From contig CM022665.1 in NCBI GenBank assembly GCA_012295275.1, positions 44,268,001-44,332,000 on the forward strand: 64,000 nt of DNA. The letters are read 5' to 3'. The position numbers and the translations under genes are program-made. The stretch is from Chrysomallon squamiferum (Eukaryota; Animalia; Mollusca). The notes beneath the pieces were generated by a model. The model was not told where the DNA came from. It saw only the letters and a program-made list of their open reading frames with translations, and made no database searches. Position 1 is the first letter of the stretch. Each line of letters starts with the position of its first letter. Shown here one piece after another: positions 1 through 31,885 of the stretch.

Positions 1-1
1 T

Positions 2-18551
<18,550 letters not shown>

Positions 18552-21500
18552 CAGCTGGCCTCTTTAGAAAGCAGAAGAAAACAATAAAAAGATATATATA
18601 TATATATATATATATAAAAACACTCCTTAATGTTGTAAATGATAATTTACCTCGGTCCACTCTGATTAAGTCAGTCGATGAAGACGTGCTGTCGTGTAAA
18701 GGTTTCTGATCTAATTTTCTTCAAGTCATCCTCAGAGGAAGAAAAAAAAAAAAAGAAGAAATAAAAACCATGTACCTGCAGGTTAAAACAGGAATTAGTT
18801 TTTGTTTTGTTTTTTAAAAAAAAAAATCAAGTTCCTGTTGTAATGCAGTGTGCATGGTTTTTGCCGTTTTCAAATTCTGTTGTTTTATTTATTATTATTT
18901 TTTTTTTTTTTTTTCTTCTTTCTTTTTTCGTGGGCCACATCGTGTCTTTCATGAATGCTTCGTTGCCAGTGCACTGTTTTGTGGAGAAAAAAAATAAAAA
19001 AAAGTTAAAACAGTAACAGAAGAAGAAAGCATAATAAAAGAGTGGAACAGTGCAAAAACTTTTTTAAACCATTTCCAGCCACTACTGGATGTGATGCTTC
19101 TTAATATTTTTTAAATTTCATTTCTTTTTTTTTTCTTTTTTTGCTGTATTTATTGTTGTTATGCAATGTAGCTTGCGTGTTTGATCTGTTAAAAATTCAA
19201 CACAGGCTGATATAATAATGATTCAAATTGTTTTTGTTTTTTTTAAAGAAATAATAAAAAAAAATTAGATGAAAATGTTTTCTTAAAATAATACTGTAAC
19301 TTGTTTATCTTTTTTTTTATTTGTGTCACCATTAAGTTGTTTTTTTGGGGGGGTGTTATTAAATATATAGAAATATATTTGTGGAATTTTCTAAAGCTGA
19401 CAAGATCAATAAATAAGCATTTATAAAAATTACTAAAATAAGTCAGAATTTCAAAATTTAATAAAAGATTGTTAGATGAAAAAAGAAAAAGAAAAAAGAA
19501 TCGAAGTTGCTGTGTATATTTAAAAAAGAAAAAAATTAATTATCATAAAAATATCATATATTGGATATATGAAATATGTATAGGTGTATTTTAATTTTTA
19601 AAGAAGCCAAATAAAAAAACTTTTTAGCCAAGATTATGGATTTTTTTTATGTTAAACTCTTGTCTCTGTGAGCAGCCATGAACTGTGAAAGCGAAACATG
19701 ACATTTCTCTTAAAACCGTTTCGAGAATTTTCGAAGAGAAGAGTTTCTGTTGTACTGAGCACAAAAACAGACCGATTCAGACTGCTTCCAGTGACAGGAT
19801 TTAACTTTTTAAAACTTCTTTAATCAGTAACTAACAGACTGCCAAAGGAAATAGGGTCATCTAAGGTGTCAGATGTTTAATAGCAGAAAATTAGTTTCTG
19901 TATCTAACAAAATTCAAATTTAGTACTTTTTGGAACTGTAGTCTCTAACTAATAAAATTCTATAAATATTGTCTGCAGTCCTTTATGGAACTGTGTTATT
20001 ATTTACTAAGTATTTAATTCCCGAGGACCGTTTCCAGTCAGATATTTAAATAGTTAACAAATAATTTTAGTAAAATATATATATATATATATATATCACA
20101 TAAAAATTATTGTCTCATTATAAAACACAGCTTTCTTCTGAATCAGAATTTGAAGTAGTTTATATTATTTTTTTATTTTTTTTTTTTTAGTTATTAATAT
20201 ATCTATAACAAGTATTATAAACTGGAAATAATTTATTTAACTACTGTATTTAGTAATAGAGTGGCATTATACTTCAAAGATATTAACAGGAATTTTTTTT
20301 TCTGATGTTTTGTTTCCTTAATTGTTAATTTTTTTTTTTTTTTTTTTTTTTTTTATTTTTTTTTAACTTATTTATGTATAACACACAACAATGCACTTCC
20401 ATTAATTGTGAAGGAATTAAAAACCTGTGTATCCTTTATTTAACAAGAATTAAGTATCTTGATAATTTATTACAATTTCTAAACCGAGCTTATGTGGAAA
20501 TACATGTTCATAATGTCGTTACTGGCTATTCACCTTTCGATGTTTCACCAACAGATTCAACCATATTTATTATCAACAACAATGTAAATAAGCTTTTCTT
20601 AAATTAGTATGTCAATGAAATACTTGGTTTTAGTCTTCGAACTAAACCACTTAAGACTTTTTTTGTTTTTAATTTTGTTGATAATTCTACCATGTTATGG
20701 GTATGTACCTGTATGTACAGCTATTGTTCTGTAGGACTAGGTTCAGGGTGAAGATTTCTTTCTAGGGGGGATAACTATGGTGCTGTGTCTGAACATAAGC
20801 TTGGTTGATAACGTAGAAGAGATTTATAACAGACGTTGGTGTGTGTTTCTTTGTGTCTCCATTCCCATCATTTATCTTGTACGTTATTTATTAGTCATTT
20901 CACTTGAAGAAAATATTTTTAATTAAAAAATGTGCAGACGTCTTAGTATTCTAATTGTAACGATTGAACTGAAAATGTGCAGATATCAGTTTGCTTAAAA
21001 AAAAAAAACCCAGTTAAGAATAAAATTTTGAATGGAAACCATTCAAGAGTTAAATTTGCTTTTATTGACCAAACTGAATATTTGCAGACATTGCTTAAAA
21101 ATGACATGAAATAGAAATTTGCGAATTTAAGTTTGAATGTAAAAATTGTGTATTTGAGAAATAATATTTAATACATTTTAGCTCACACCATTGTTGAAGC
21201 TTAAAGTCCTGTTGCATTTTGTTTTTCTTTATTTCTTTTATTATTTGTAGTTTTATAAATACATCTTTAGAAAAATCTTAAATTAATTTTTTTTTGTTAA
21301 AGGCAATATACAAGAGTATAAACCATATATATATATATATACACATATTTACAATGGACTGGAGTTCAAACAGAATGTTTTAACATAATTATGTATAATT
21401 TGATATTCACTTTCAAGACATGAATATTTGAAGCTTCCAAAAATTTGCAAGAAAAAATGTACGATTTATGAAACTGTGATCATTGACTTTAGTCCCTTTT

Positions 21501-24500
21501 GTCTTTTCCTTCTAACCAAAAATAAAACAGAATGCCTAACAGTTCACGTTACAGATAAAACCAGCAAGAAAAATATTTATAATTTAGGTGGTTTTTTTTA
21601 CACAGCTTTGGATCTTGGGGTTTTATTAAAGGGGAGATGTTCCGGCATTAATTGTTTAAGGTGCTACAGCGAGATTTTTAGGTGAAAAATCTGTATAATT
21701 ACAAGAATAGAAAGTGTTGTGTTTTGTAGGAGATTGATACTTTTAAAACAAGCGATACGAAAAAGAATTTCACTTCTTCATGAACAGAAATATATCTACG
21801 TCCCCTTCAGTCTATCCTGGATCCATTCCTGTTGACACAGTTTTAATTCTTGTCACTTGAAAAAGTTTACTTGTACTTATTACATTTAATGAAAATCTTT
21901 ATTGTTACTTTGCATTTATTATGGTGAATAATGGTATGTTATGTATTTATAGACCAGTGTGTGTAATATACCATTTATATTCTGAGCAGTGCATTTATCA
22001 GTTTAGCAGATTAGAGGCTTAACATTTTAAGCTGTTAGAATGAAACAAAGCAAAATAATGCTTCTTAGTGGTGTACAGAATTGTAAATTGATCAACAGAC
22101 TTCTACTAATCTGAGAAATATTTTAGCAACTGGTTTACTTTCCAGCATGTGTTAATTTTAATTTTTACTTATTTTTTTTATCATTATTTTTCATTTTTGT
22201 AACTTCAATATTAAGGGAAAAAATTCTAACTGAATATTTTTTTTTTTTTTTAAATTTAAAATTACAAATACATATATTCTGGAGAATTGAAAAAGAATTC
22301 AAATATTTTTTTTGTCTCTGAATGAAAATAAATTATTTATATTATGGATGAAATTTTTATTTAACTTTTTTTTCTTTTTTTCTTATTTTTTTTTAATATA
22401 TATCAGAATTTATTATAACCTTTCTGTAGGGATTTACCTGCTACAAAATAAACATTTTTATCTAAAAAAAAAATCTTTCTTGTCAACATTAAAGTTTCAA
22501 GCTACAGTTTTAAATAAATAAACTGTTGAGGTATTGTACTGTTGTATTATAGTTATCCTGTCGAGACTTTATAACTGTTGTCTAGAATGTAAGATGAAGA
22601 ATGTCCATTTGTGTTGCTTGTTCACCGTGTAAAATTTACAAAAACCAAGCCAGTAGGCTAAACGACATTGTGTGAATGACCTGAAAAATCATGTAAGCTA
22701 CGATACATCACTGGGTTTAAGCTTCATGTTTCTTTGAAATGAGCAGTGTTTGTGAATTTATGACAATTTACTGTACAGTTGCTTTACTTCAATACTGATA
22801 ATTTATTAAAGCAAACATAAAAATAATGACTTTGTTGTTGTTGTTGTTGTAATATATATAAAAAAATTTTAAAATGATAATAAATAGATTTATTGTAATG
22901 CATTGCAGTGCATGTGTAGTAATGTATAAAAATTTTTTAAAATAATAATAAATAGATTTATCAATAGATAGTGGTGCATGAATGAGAAACAGTATTGAGG
23001 AGGATACAAGTTCTTTCTCAGCAATTTTCTTTCTTCTTGATATAGTCCTCACTTTTAACTTTCAAATTATTAAAGCAAATGCTTCACCAATAAGGAGGCA
23101 GTCTGAATATGAATTGTGATACATTAATTTTTTTTTTTTTTTTCCTGAATCCAAATGTATAATGCCATGCAAAATAAGTCAATTATTAAACAAATTTCGA
23201 GTTATTTTATAAAATTACATGGTTTGTATGCCAAAGAGGTTGAAGTGGGTCATAACTATCAAAAAGGTGGGAAAACTGCCTTAAATGTTAAAATCTTTTT
23301 ATTTTATATGTTTCAGGGGTTGTTTAATGTAAAAGTGTTGTAATGAGGTAACACATTAAGGCCTACATGTAACAGTCAATGATACAGATTTAATGGATTT
23401 TTTAACAAGTTTTTTTTTTTTTTTTTTTTTAAACCATTACGAAAAAAAAGAAGTTCTGAATGAGTTCAGACAAATAGTTTAATGATTTAACTTTGTTTAT
23501 TTTTGTTATCAATGGTATTACATACTGCATTAGTTGGAAAAGAACATATAGATTTAGTAAGAGTTACTGTAAAAAAAAAAAAATCTAAATGAGAATTTAC
23601 AAATCTTTTCCTAGGGACAGAAACAGTTAACACACTACAACGAGATTTCACATCCATCTTTCATCTGGAAGAATTATTTATGAAGAAAATTTAATATTTT
23701 AAGTAACCAGTACAAACATCAAACGATCAGTAATCAGAAAATAAAAAACCCAAATATGATAGTACGAAACTACATTTTATTTTTTTGTTTTGTTTTGTTT
23801 TTTTTTCTTTCCCCTGGAGTATAATGGAGTAGCTAGCCTCGCATCTACCCAGTCTGTTGGAATAAGAACAACTAGTGTACAGTGTCCACTAGCAAACAAA
23901 GACATATTAAATATAGAAACAACAACACATCAAAGAAACAGCAGGTGGGGAAACTGTGATCAAACTGTCACTGTATACAATGCCAATGCGGCCTCCTAAC
24001 GTCAAAACAACAAATTTAAAAAGCACCTGACAGGTAAATAAAAAAGACTAAAAAAAAAAAAAAAAACACTACATACATACCACCTTTTTTAAAAGCAAGA
24101 CAATGCAATAATGTGGAACAAGATATTCCCCATATAAAAGACATTGTGTGAACTTTCGGAAGCAATGTAAAATGCTGAGGTTAAAAATAAAGAGTGGTTT
24201 TAGATAAAAGCAGGTAAAAAACATACAAACAAGTAGCTAATCACTAAAATGAAACCAGTCTAAAGAACATGATCACAAAAGCACCTGACGTAAGACAAAA
24301 AAAAAAAAAATAAAAAAAATAAAAGGAACATCACTAATTAGCATTGTATACAATGTCTATGTTGTCACTCGTTTTGGAAATATATCAGATGTCTAAAAAA
24401 AAAAAAAAAAAAAAATTAAAAATAAAAAAAAACAATCACCTAAAATGGTAAATGAATGTAAAAAAAAAAAAATACATGATATGGAACAGATGCAAATTTT

Positions 24501-24690
24501 TTTTTTTTTTTTTTTTACCAAATAAAAAAAAAAAAATGGCTGCCAACGAGTTTTGTCAAAGTCATCATTGTAAAGCAAAAATGATCCTGATGTTTAGACC
24601 ATTCACAGAAGAGGTTTCAGTGATTTTTGTTTTTTTTTTTCTTTTTTCTTTTTAAAAAGCCATTTTTTTTCTTTCTTTCTTTTTTCCTTT

Positions 24691-24953
24691 TCATGCATCT
24701 TCTGCATTTTCCTCATCCTGTTCTTCGTCTTCCTCCTCGTCTTCTGGTTCTTCTTCGTCCTCCTCTGGATCCAACTCGCCGTCATCTTCGCCGTGAAATC
24801 TCTTTAGATCCTCCTCGTCCTCTTCATCGCCGAACAGTTCATCAAACCGCTCGATACAAGAAAAGTTCTGTAAATGTTCGTCAGTGAGATCGTCGTTTCC
24901 AGGTCGAATGACCAATGTGCTTCGAAGTCCAGCCTCGACAGCAGCCGATGCCT
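24691..24953 (-). CDS. ENOPH1: ENOPH1 exon 6 with acidic tail and stop
   Basis: EASAAVEAGLRSTLVIRPGN...DEENAEDA*, 263 nt. Confidence 0.93.
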
Positions 24954-27900
24954 CTGTGAAATGAAATACATGGGAATTGTTTAAAAAAAATATATATATA
25001 CAACGTGATTTAATCATTTAATTGTTGATTTCCATTCCAGGGGACATAACCTTTTACAATTTTGCAAAAAGTAGATGTCCATCAAATGACAAATGTGATT
25101 TAATCATTTAATTGTTGATTTCCATACCAGGGGACGTAACCTTTTACAATTTTGCAAAAAGTAGATATCTAACAAATACATATTAAATAAAAAATTTTAA
25201 AAATATATATAAAAAAAGACATGCTAATTAATTATTTAATATAAACCTTGTCAGTAAGAAAGATGATCTTGAGGATCATTTAGCTGTTGAAATATCTAAT
25301 AAAATAAAATATTTTATATGTTGTTTATTTGATACAAAATTCTGAATTAATTTTTTCCTCTAACTACCAGTATTTCTCAACAACATCTGTAGATATATTA
25401 CTGTAGCAGAAGTTTATTTAACATCATATTCTTTTCAAACATTACTGATAACTCGCAGTTAATAACGTAGCACTGCATTTGCTCACAAGGTTTGTTCTTT
25501 TTTTAAACTTGGTACTGGTGACTTTGTATTCCAAAAAAAAGATATTCTCCTCTAAAGACATTTTTTTAAAAGAAATATCTCAATACAGATGGTAAGTTGT
25601 CAAAGTATAAGCTGTATCTCACCTTCTGGAGTATCAGTCAGGAACAAAATTTCTTCAGGCTCATTGCCTATCTCTGTTGTGATGGTTTTGTAACTGTTGC
25701 TCTCCGTCTTACTGCCAACGCTGGTGTCATAGTAACCAGAAAACACCTGCAAAAAAAAAAGGTGGAATGGTTTGTTAAAGGTCAGTCTTAAAGTATTATT
25801 TATGAAATATTTTACCACCAATTTCTGAATGTTAATTTTATTATAATAACCAAGAATAGAGAACACTATTAAAAAGTAGAGAGTAATACTGCTATAAAAT
25901 ATAATTTTTAATAAATTAATATTTTGTCTTATGCATGTTTCTTTTTTTTTTCTTCTTTTTTCCCATCATTAAATTTAAATTTTAAATGATAATTAACATA
26001 TAAAATATAACTTTGAAAAAAAAAAAAAAAAAGCGTGTTTTTTTTTTTCTTTTTTTTTTCCATGATTAAATTTAAAATAAATGACAATTAACAAACTTTT
26101 TTTTTATAATATTTTTATTTTAAAAAAGGCAACTACCAAATTTTACACTTCTGTTTTATTATTTACAATATTATTCAATAATTTAAAAAAATGCAATCTT
26201 ACATCTGTTAAATCACCATCGGATGTGTGTGCAAAGAAAAGCTTCTGTGCCTCAACACTTCCGGAGGAAAACACATAAAGCTGCAAACCCTCGTCAAAAA
26301 GCTGTCTTAGAACAGGAGCGACATCTTCAAACAATCTGAAATTGAGGACAGACATGTACAGACGGATGTATGGAGAGATGATTAAAAACAGGATTGAGAT
26401 ATTAAAAGATAAACTGTAAGACAGGAAATGTTTTACACAGAAAGATTTGTTGTTGTTTGTTTGGACATTCCACCATTCTAAAATGTAACCTCAATCTGTG
26501 TGCATGTGTTGTTGTTTTTTGTGTTATAATGGAGTGTTGAGGATAAGGACTTAATGTTGAATTTTTTTTTTTAATTTTCCAGGAAAATAAATAATTTATT
26601 TTTAACCTATCATTTGTTTTAAATTATGTTTTATAAAATTAATTTCAAAAATTTCAGAAATATTCTTAAATTAGTTTATATTTGTTTATGAAAAATTAGA
26701 TATTAAATATTTGGAAAAGGGTGCAATTTCAATGCTTAACATATTCAATTTTCCACAGAAATTCTCTCCTCTCTCGCTCTCTCTCTCTGTCTATGCATAT
26801 GCATGTGTGCATTTACAAAATCATTTTTTTTTTCGTTTTTTTTTTTTTATGTAAACACACTCACTCTGCAGTGACACTTCCGTTCTTGTAAGCCTCTTTC
26901 CAGATGTGTCCTTGCAGCTGTTTCAGTTCCGTCGTTTTCCTGTCCTGTTTCATCTGCCACTTGACGTTCTCGCAAACACCTTTGATAATCTCGTCTTTGC
27001 TGCCGTCGCCGTTGGGAATCTCCACCACGCCCTCTGTGTTAGCCTCTTTATCTTTCTTAGACTGAAAACAGATTTTTAGTTTTCAATAAGTTTCACCGGT
27101 TTTTAGTAAGACTCTGCGCAATAATCAAAATAATGATTTAAATGTATATTTTTTAATATTTTTGATGTTTTGTAATCTTCCAAAAAAATATACAAATTGA
27201 ATCACACAGACATGCACAAATAACATAGCATAAACACACATAAATACATGTGTTTAAGTTATGTGTGTACATAGCATAAATATACATAAATGTAAACATA
27301 CATAAATACATGTGTTTCAGTTATGTGTGTACATAGCATAAACATACATAAATGTAAACATACATAAATACATGTTTCAGTTATGCCCCTTGTTCCAGAA
27401 AAAAATTCAAACTAATCCCCTTCAACTTTCATCAGTATTTAATTCAGTTTTAGTCATATATAAACAAATTAAAATCTCCTATTAAAATATAACAAAAATA
27501 TATAAATAATAAAACACATGAAGTTTTACTACTGTAATTTCCATTTCTGAACTGTAAAAATAACCAAATTCAGTCCATAACAAAAGCAATTTCCTCCTTG
27601 TAATTTAAAAACTGTTGCCGTCTCCTTTTCCCCGTTATAATAAAATGTGACGTCAGTTAATATTGTTGTTTTAAATATTTTATGAAGTCTCACCAATTCC
27701 CTCAGTGCAGCAATGTCTTTCTGCAGTTCAGTGTCATCGTAATGTTTTGTGACGTAACTTTCCAAGTTGTCTAAAACATACTTGAACAGCGTGTCCTGTA
27801 AAAATAAAAACAAATAAATTATTTTTTAATTCAGAAATTGTTATAAATAATCTTTTTTTTTTTATTATTATTATTTTTTTTTTTTTTTTTTTTTTTAATT

Positions 27901-28854
27901 ATAACAATGGTTTCATGGGTGTGGTATTGTTTCCTTCATCTTTAGGATATAAATAATTAATTAGAAATAAATATAAATAAATAAATAAATAAACAAACAA
28001 AAAAAATCAATAAATAATGAATTATAAACAAACAAACAAACATAAATAAATAAATAAATAAATAAATACAAATTTTAAAAAATCAATAAAGTCAAAATAA
28101 ATTATAGTTCAGTGTAAGAGGTCTCAGGGAGTAACCATAGCTACCAGGATAAATCCTGCTTGGTACTCACAGAAGTTTACAGCCTGACATAAATTCATGA
28201 CAAATTTTTGAGTTCACTCTGTTATGTAATCATTTATCAAACCTATAAGTTTTCTGTCTCCTGCAGCGAAATACTGTGGCAGTTGTTTTGAGATAGCACT
28301 GCACACACACACACAATGGGCTGGGTTTTGTTTTTTTAATTATTAAGATTTATTATAATATGTGGCTGCTATTGATTGCATATCTCAAAATATCATGCAG
28401 TTATTCTAACAGTTGATTATCTTGAAACAAAAAGAAGTAGTTTTTCTTATCAGCAAAAGACTGTTTGGTTTATTTTGGGGTTTTAATTTTTATACGTTTG
28501 TTACTTTGTTGTATGTTTTTTTTTTGTTCTAATTTTTGTTGTTGTTACTTTGATGTCCAAGTTTAATTTTGTATGTTATACAAATTATAGGCAAGCTGGA
28601 GTTTTTTTAAATCTAAACTTCATTTCACCCCAAAATATGTAGAGGTGTTATTTATATAATTAATTATTCACAGATTAATATATACATACTGATTCATTTC
28701 ATGATTGCTAAACATGTAAGTAGAAATTCAATGCTTTTGAAACATAATTTTTTTAAAATGGTAGTCTTTAAATAAAAATAAATAATTACCAAATATTTAT
28801 TTTAAAAAAATAATATTAAAAAATAAAACAAATTAAACAATAAAACAAATTAAC

Positions 28855-28890
<36 letters not shown>

Positions 28891-30492
28891 CATCATGATC
28901 ATCATCATCATTTCATGATTGCTGAACTTCTAAGTAGAAATTACATGCTTTTGATAAAAGCCTCTCAAGTTCTTAAATTTTTACACTTAAAAAAAAAATT
29001 CCAATCTAAAAATAAATTTTAAATAATTACCATTTATTTTAAATATATATATATATATATATATATTAAACACTGAACAATATAAAAAAATTATAATAAT
29101 AATAATAATTTCATAATAACAATGAACTGAAATATGTACCTGCCACAAATAAAATTTCTCATTATACTACTTAGTCTACTACTAGTAACATCAGATAAAA
29201 AAAATTATTAAAAAATAAAAAAATAAAAAATAAAAAATAAAAAAATATAATTGAAACCAATAAAACTTAAAAAGGAAATAAAAATAAAAATAATATCGTT
29301 TAAAGAAATTATTTTTCATATAAAATGTAACTGGGTAGTATATATATTAAAAAAAAAATCTTAATTTTTTTTCTTTTATTTTTTTTATAACTCCGTCTTT
29401 TTATTTAATATGTACGTTACTACACCATTTCACGTGTAAAAAGGAAGAACCGTGACGTCTGGCCGAAGATACGTCACGTGACCTACAGCCGGGCGGTTCC
29501 CGCTTTCCTTTGAACTCCCGACCGGCATGTGATCTTTGTGGTTTTCAGCGTTTGTTCCACATATCATGCACAAACACCGCATGATCATTACTAAACATAT
29601 TTAATACATTTTTCGACTGGTGGATATAAATGAAATGCATTCAATAATTAAAGAAAATGCATCGTTATTAAATCTAATAAAAACTGACACAGAAAATGTA
29701 CAAATTGGTTTGTTTGTTTATATTTTTAAAAAATTACATGCAGTATCAGTTAAAACTTAAATAGTTATCCGTTTCCTTTTTTTGTTGTTGTTGTTTTTAT
29801 CGTGCAGATGTTCGTTATTTACAATATGTATTTTTATATATGCTTTCCAGACAGTAATTACGGTATTAGACTGATTACATACGAAACGCTCAGAACTTGT
29901 ACAAGGCCGTTTATGTAACTTTCACATCACGATATGAAAAGGAAGGAAAAAAACCGCAGACATTTTATGACGCATGTTTTGGATATTACAGTTACAATTT
30001 GATGACTAATAATTTTTTAATAAACTTTCTAGAGTTATATAAACGGAGAAGTTGTACAGAGAAAACGGGAAAATGTGTTAATAGTAGATAGTAAACAACA
30101 ACACGAGGCTTTACTTAGGATTTAGATGTCAATCCGCACCGAGACTTTCTTGCTATGTTCTTGAAATTTGACGTGTGAATATTTTAGCAAATCGCCTTTA
30201 AATACAATCGTTCACATCATCGGAATGTGTACTACTCTATCAAAACGTAGGGACATACTAGGAACAACCCGTTTAACAAATATTGGCGCAATTAGTAACA
30301 TCCCCCAACGTTCAGTGATGGTGTTCGTTATGAGGCCGCTTTCAAGTGAGAGCAAGAAACATAGAAAAGGCACAATCACATTACCTTCACGAACGAAATC
30401 GGCGTTACAGTCCCCTCGATATCAATCAGCAGTGCCTTAACGCCTCCCAAAAGGGTATCTGCTTCTTCGAGAGCTCGTTTTTGCTGCGCCAT
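24691..30492 (-). CDS. ENOPH1: Enolase-phosphatase E1 (HAD family, methionine salvage), 6 exons, 308 aa
   Basis: Exons 30492-30385, 27795-27694, 27061-26865, 26335-26203, 25746-25623, 24953-24691 total 927 nt with consistent phases. Motifs: LIDIEGTVTPISFVKDTLFKY, DRKTTELKQLQGHIWKEAY, VFSSGSVEAQKLFF, ILFLTD. Confidence 0.96.
25005..25166. repeat. Tandem duplication, period 90 nt, in the last ENOPH1 intron
   Basis: gtgatttaatcatttaattgttgatttcca...gcaaaaagtagat at 25005 and 25095. Confidence 0.9.
25623..25746 (-). CDS. ENOPH1: ENOPH1 exon 5
   Basis: VFSGYYDTSVGSK...ILFLTDTPE, 124 nt, phase 0-1. Confidence 0.94.
26203..26335 (-). CDS. ENOPH1: ENOPH1 exon 4
   Basis: LFEDVAPVL...VFSSGSVEAQKLFFAHT, 133 nt, phase 2-0. 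Confidence 0.94.
26865..27061 (-). CDS. ENOPH1: ENOPH1 exon 3
   Basis: SKKDK...DRKTTELKQLQGHIWKEAYKNG, 197 nt, phase 0-2. Confidence 0.94.
27222..27385. repeat. Tandem repeat of about 62 nt (about 2.5 copies)
   Basis: acatagcataaacatacataaatgtaaacatacataaatacatgtgtttcagttatg repeated. Confidence 0.8.
27694..27795 (-). CDS. ENOPH1: ENOPH1 exon 2
   Basis: DTLFKYVLDNLESYV...ALREL, 102 nt, phase 0-0. Confidence 0.93.
29431..29500. promoter_or_regulatory. CpG-containing motif cluster in ENOPH1 intron 1 (E-box, CRE, CLEAR-like, GC box)
   Basis: CACGTG 29431, GTGACGTC 29452, GTCACGTGAC 29473, GGGCGG 29491 within 70 nt of an otherwise very AT-rich intron. Confidence 0.5.
30385..30492 (-). CDS. ENOPH1: ENOPH1 exon 1 (MAQQKR...DIEGTVTPISFVK)
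   Basis: ATG at 30492, donor gtaatg, HAD motif I DIEGT. Confidence 0.92.
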
Positions 30493-31402
30493 GTCTTCTG
30501 TAAGGAAGCCGTCTACGAACAAGGAACAAAGAAGCGTGTACTGGCCTAGCCTTGCGATAGACAGGTGCGCTACAGGCTCTGACCTCAATATAATAAAGCT
30601 TTTGGATACTATTTCCCTGCACCCTAGCTGTAATTGTACTGTTATGCGCGTCTTTTGGGAACGACATTCTCGGATTTACCGTAATTTTCGTTTTATCATT
30701 GTGATAAAATACGAGAAGAAAAAAATGGAGGATAAAAAAGAAATTAACCGTTAGCTAGGTGTAATTGCTCTGTGTTCACAGCTTGTTCGGAAACCTGCAT
30801 AACGTGTGAACGTTATTAGAGGTACAGTACAAACAAACGGTTTACACATAGAACGTGTTTCAAGTACTTTCGCAAACACTTGTATTTATACCCGCGCCAC
30901 TTTGCAATACTCGAGTCGTTTATCTTTCATTTAATTCACTTTCTTTAATATTAACAGATATTCCTGTAGTTGTTATTTATTTATTTACTTAATTATTTAA
31001 TTATTTATTTATTTGTTTGTTTGTTTGTTTATTTGTTCATAAAGATACATATATTTAATGTATTATTTCAGTAATAACAGGCCTAACTGTTAGATACAAA
31101 TTAATAACATAAATTCATTAATTTCATATTATGAACTAAATGTTAGCCAAATCATAATCGCTATCATCACCATCGAAAGCATAATCACCATAAACTGTGT
31201 TCATGAAATATATCATTAACAAAAAGTAGTATAATATTTATATAACTGAGTCGTATTATTACAACAACAAAAAAGAGCTATACTTAAAGAAAATAAATTT
31301 ATATTAAAAAGTAGAAGTGGGTAATAAAATAAAAATTAACGTTATGAAAATAAAAATCATTATCTTGGTCACAAATGTTGCCTGTCAAAAATACATTAAA
31401 AA

Positions 31403-31502
31403 CATTAATTTCAATAAAATACTGTTGCAAAAAATTATATGGTTTTGTTTATGACAAACAAAACCATATAATTTTTGCAACAGTATTTTATTGAAATTAA
31501 TG
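31403..31502. repeat. Near-perfect inverted repeat: 47-bp stem, 5-nt loop
   Basis: Arm 31403-31450 is the reverse complement of 31456-31502 except for one extra A; loop ATGAC. Confidence 0.95.
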
Positions 31503-31541
31503 GCATATTTGTTAATCACTTTAAATTATAATATAAAGTCT

Positions 31542-31545
<4 letters not shown>

Positions 31546-31613
<68 letters not shown>

Positions 31614-31703
31614 AATTCGATGGAAACGTGACTAAAATTATCCGCATATGAATCCACATTGTTATATCCAGCTGCATAAGTATAAGTATGTTCATTCCTT
31701 CGG

Positions 31704-31749
<46 letters not shown>

Positions 31750-31885
31750 TGTTGTTGTTGTAGTTGTCGTCATCATTATTATTGCTGTTGTTGTTATTGT
31801 TGTTGTCAACGCTGTCGTCGTCATCACCATCATCGTCATCATCATCGTCGTCATCATCATCATCATCATCATCATTATTACTATT
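31546..31885. repeat. Microsatellite cluster: (CT)n, (ATT)n, (GTT)n, (CAT)n
   Basis: Visible simple repeats; source of spurious ORFs at 31648 and 31688. Confidence 0.9.

Noticed and set aside
18552-24690. An additional gene or overlapping 3' UTRs between KLC and ENOPH1
   Set aside because: No coherent exons were found, and AATAAA is too frequent in this AT-rich DNA to place transcript ends.
30376-30588. Longer N-terminus for ENOPH1 suggested by the ORF track
   Set aside because: It relies on a non-ATG start; ATG 30492 has good context and gives a normal distance to the DIEGT motif.
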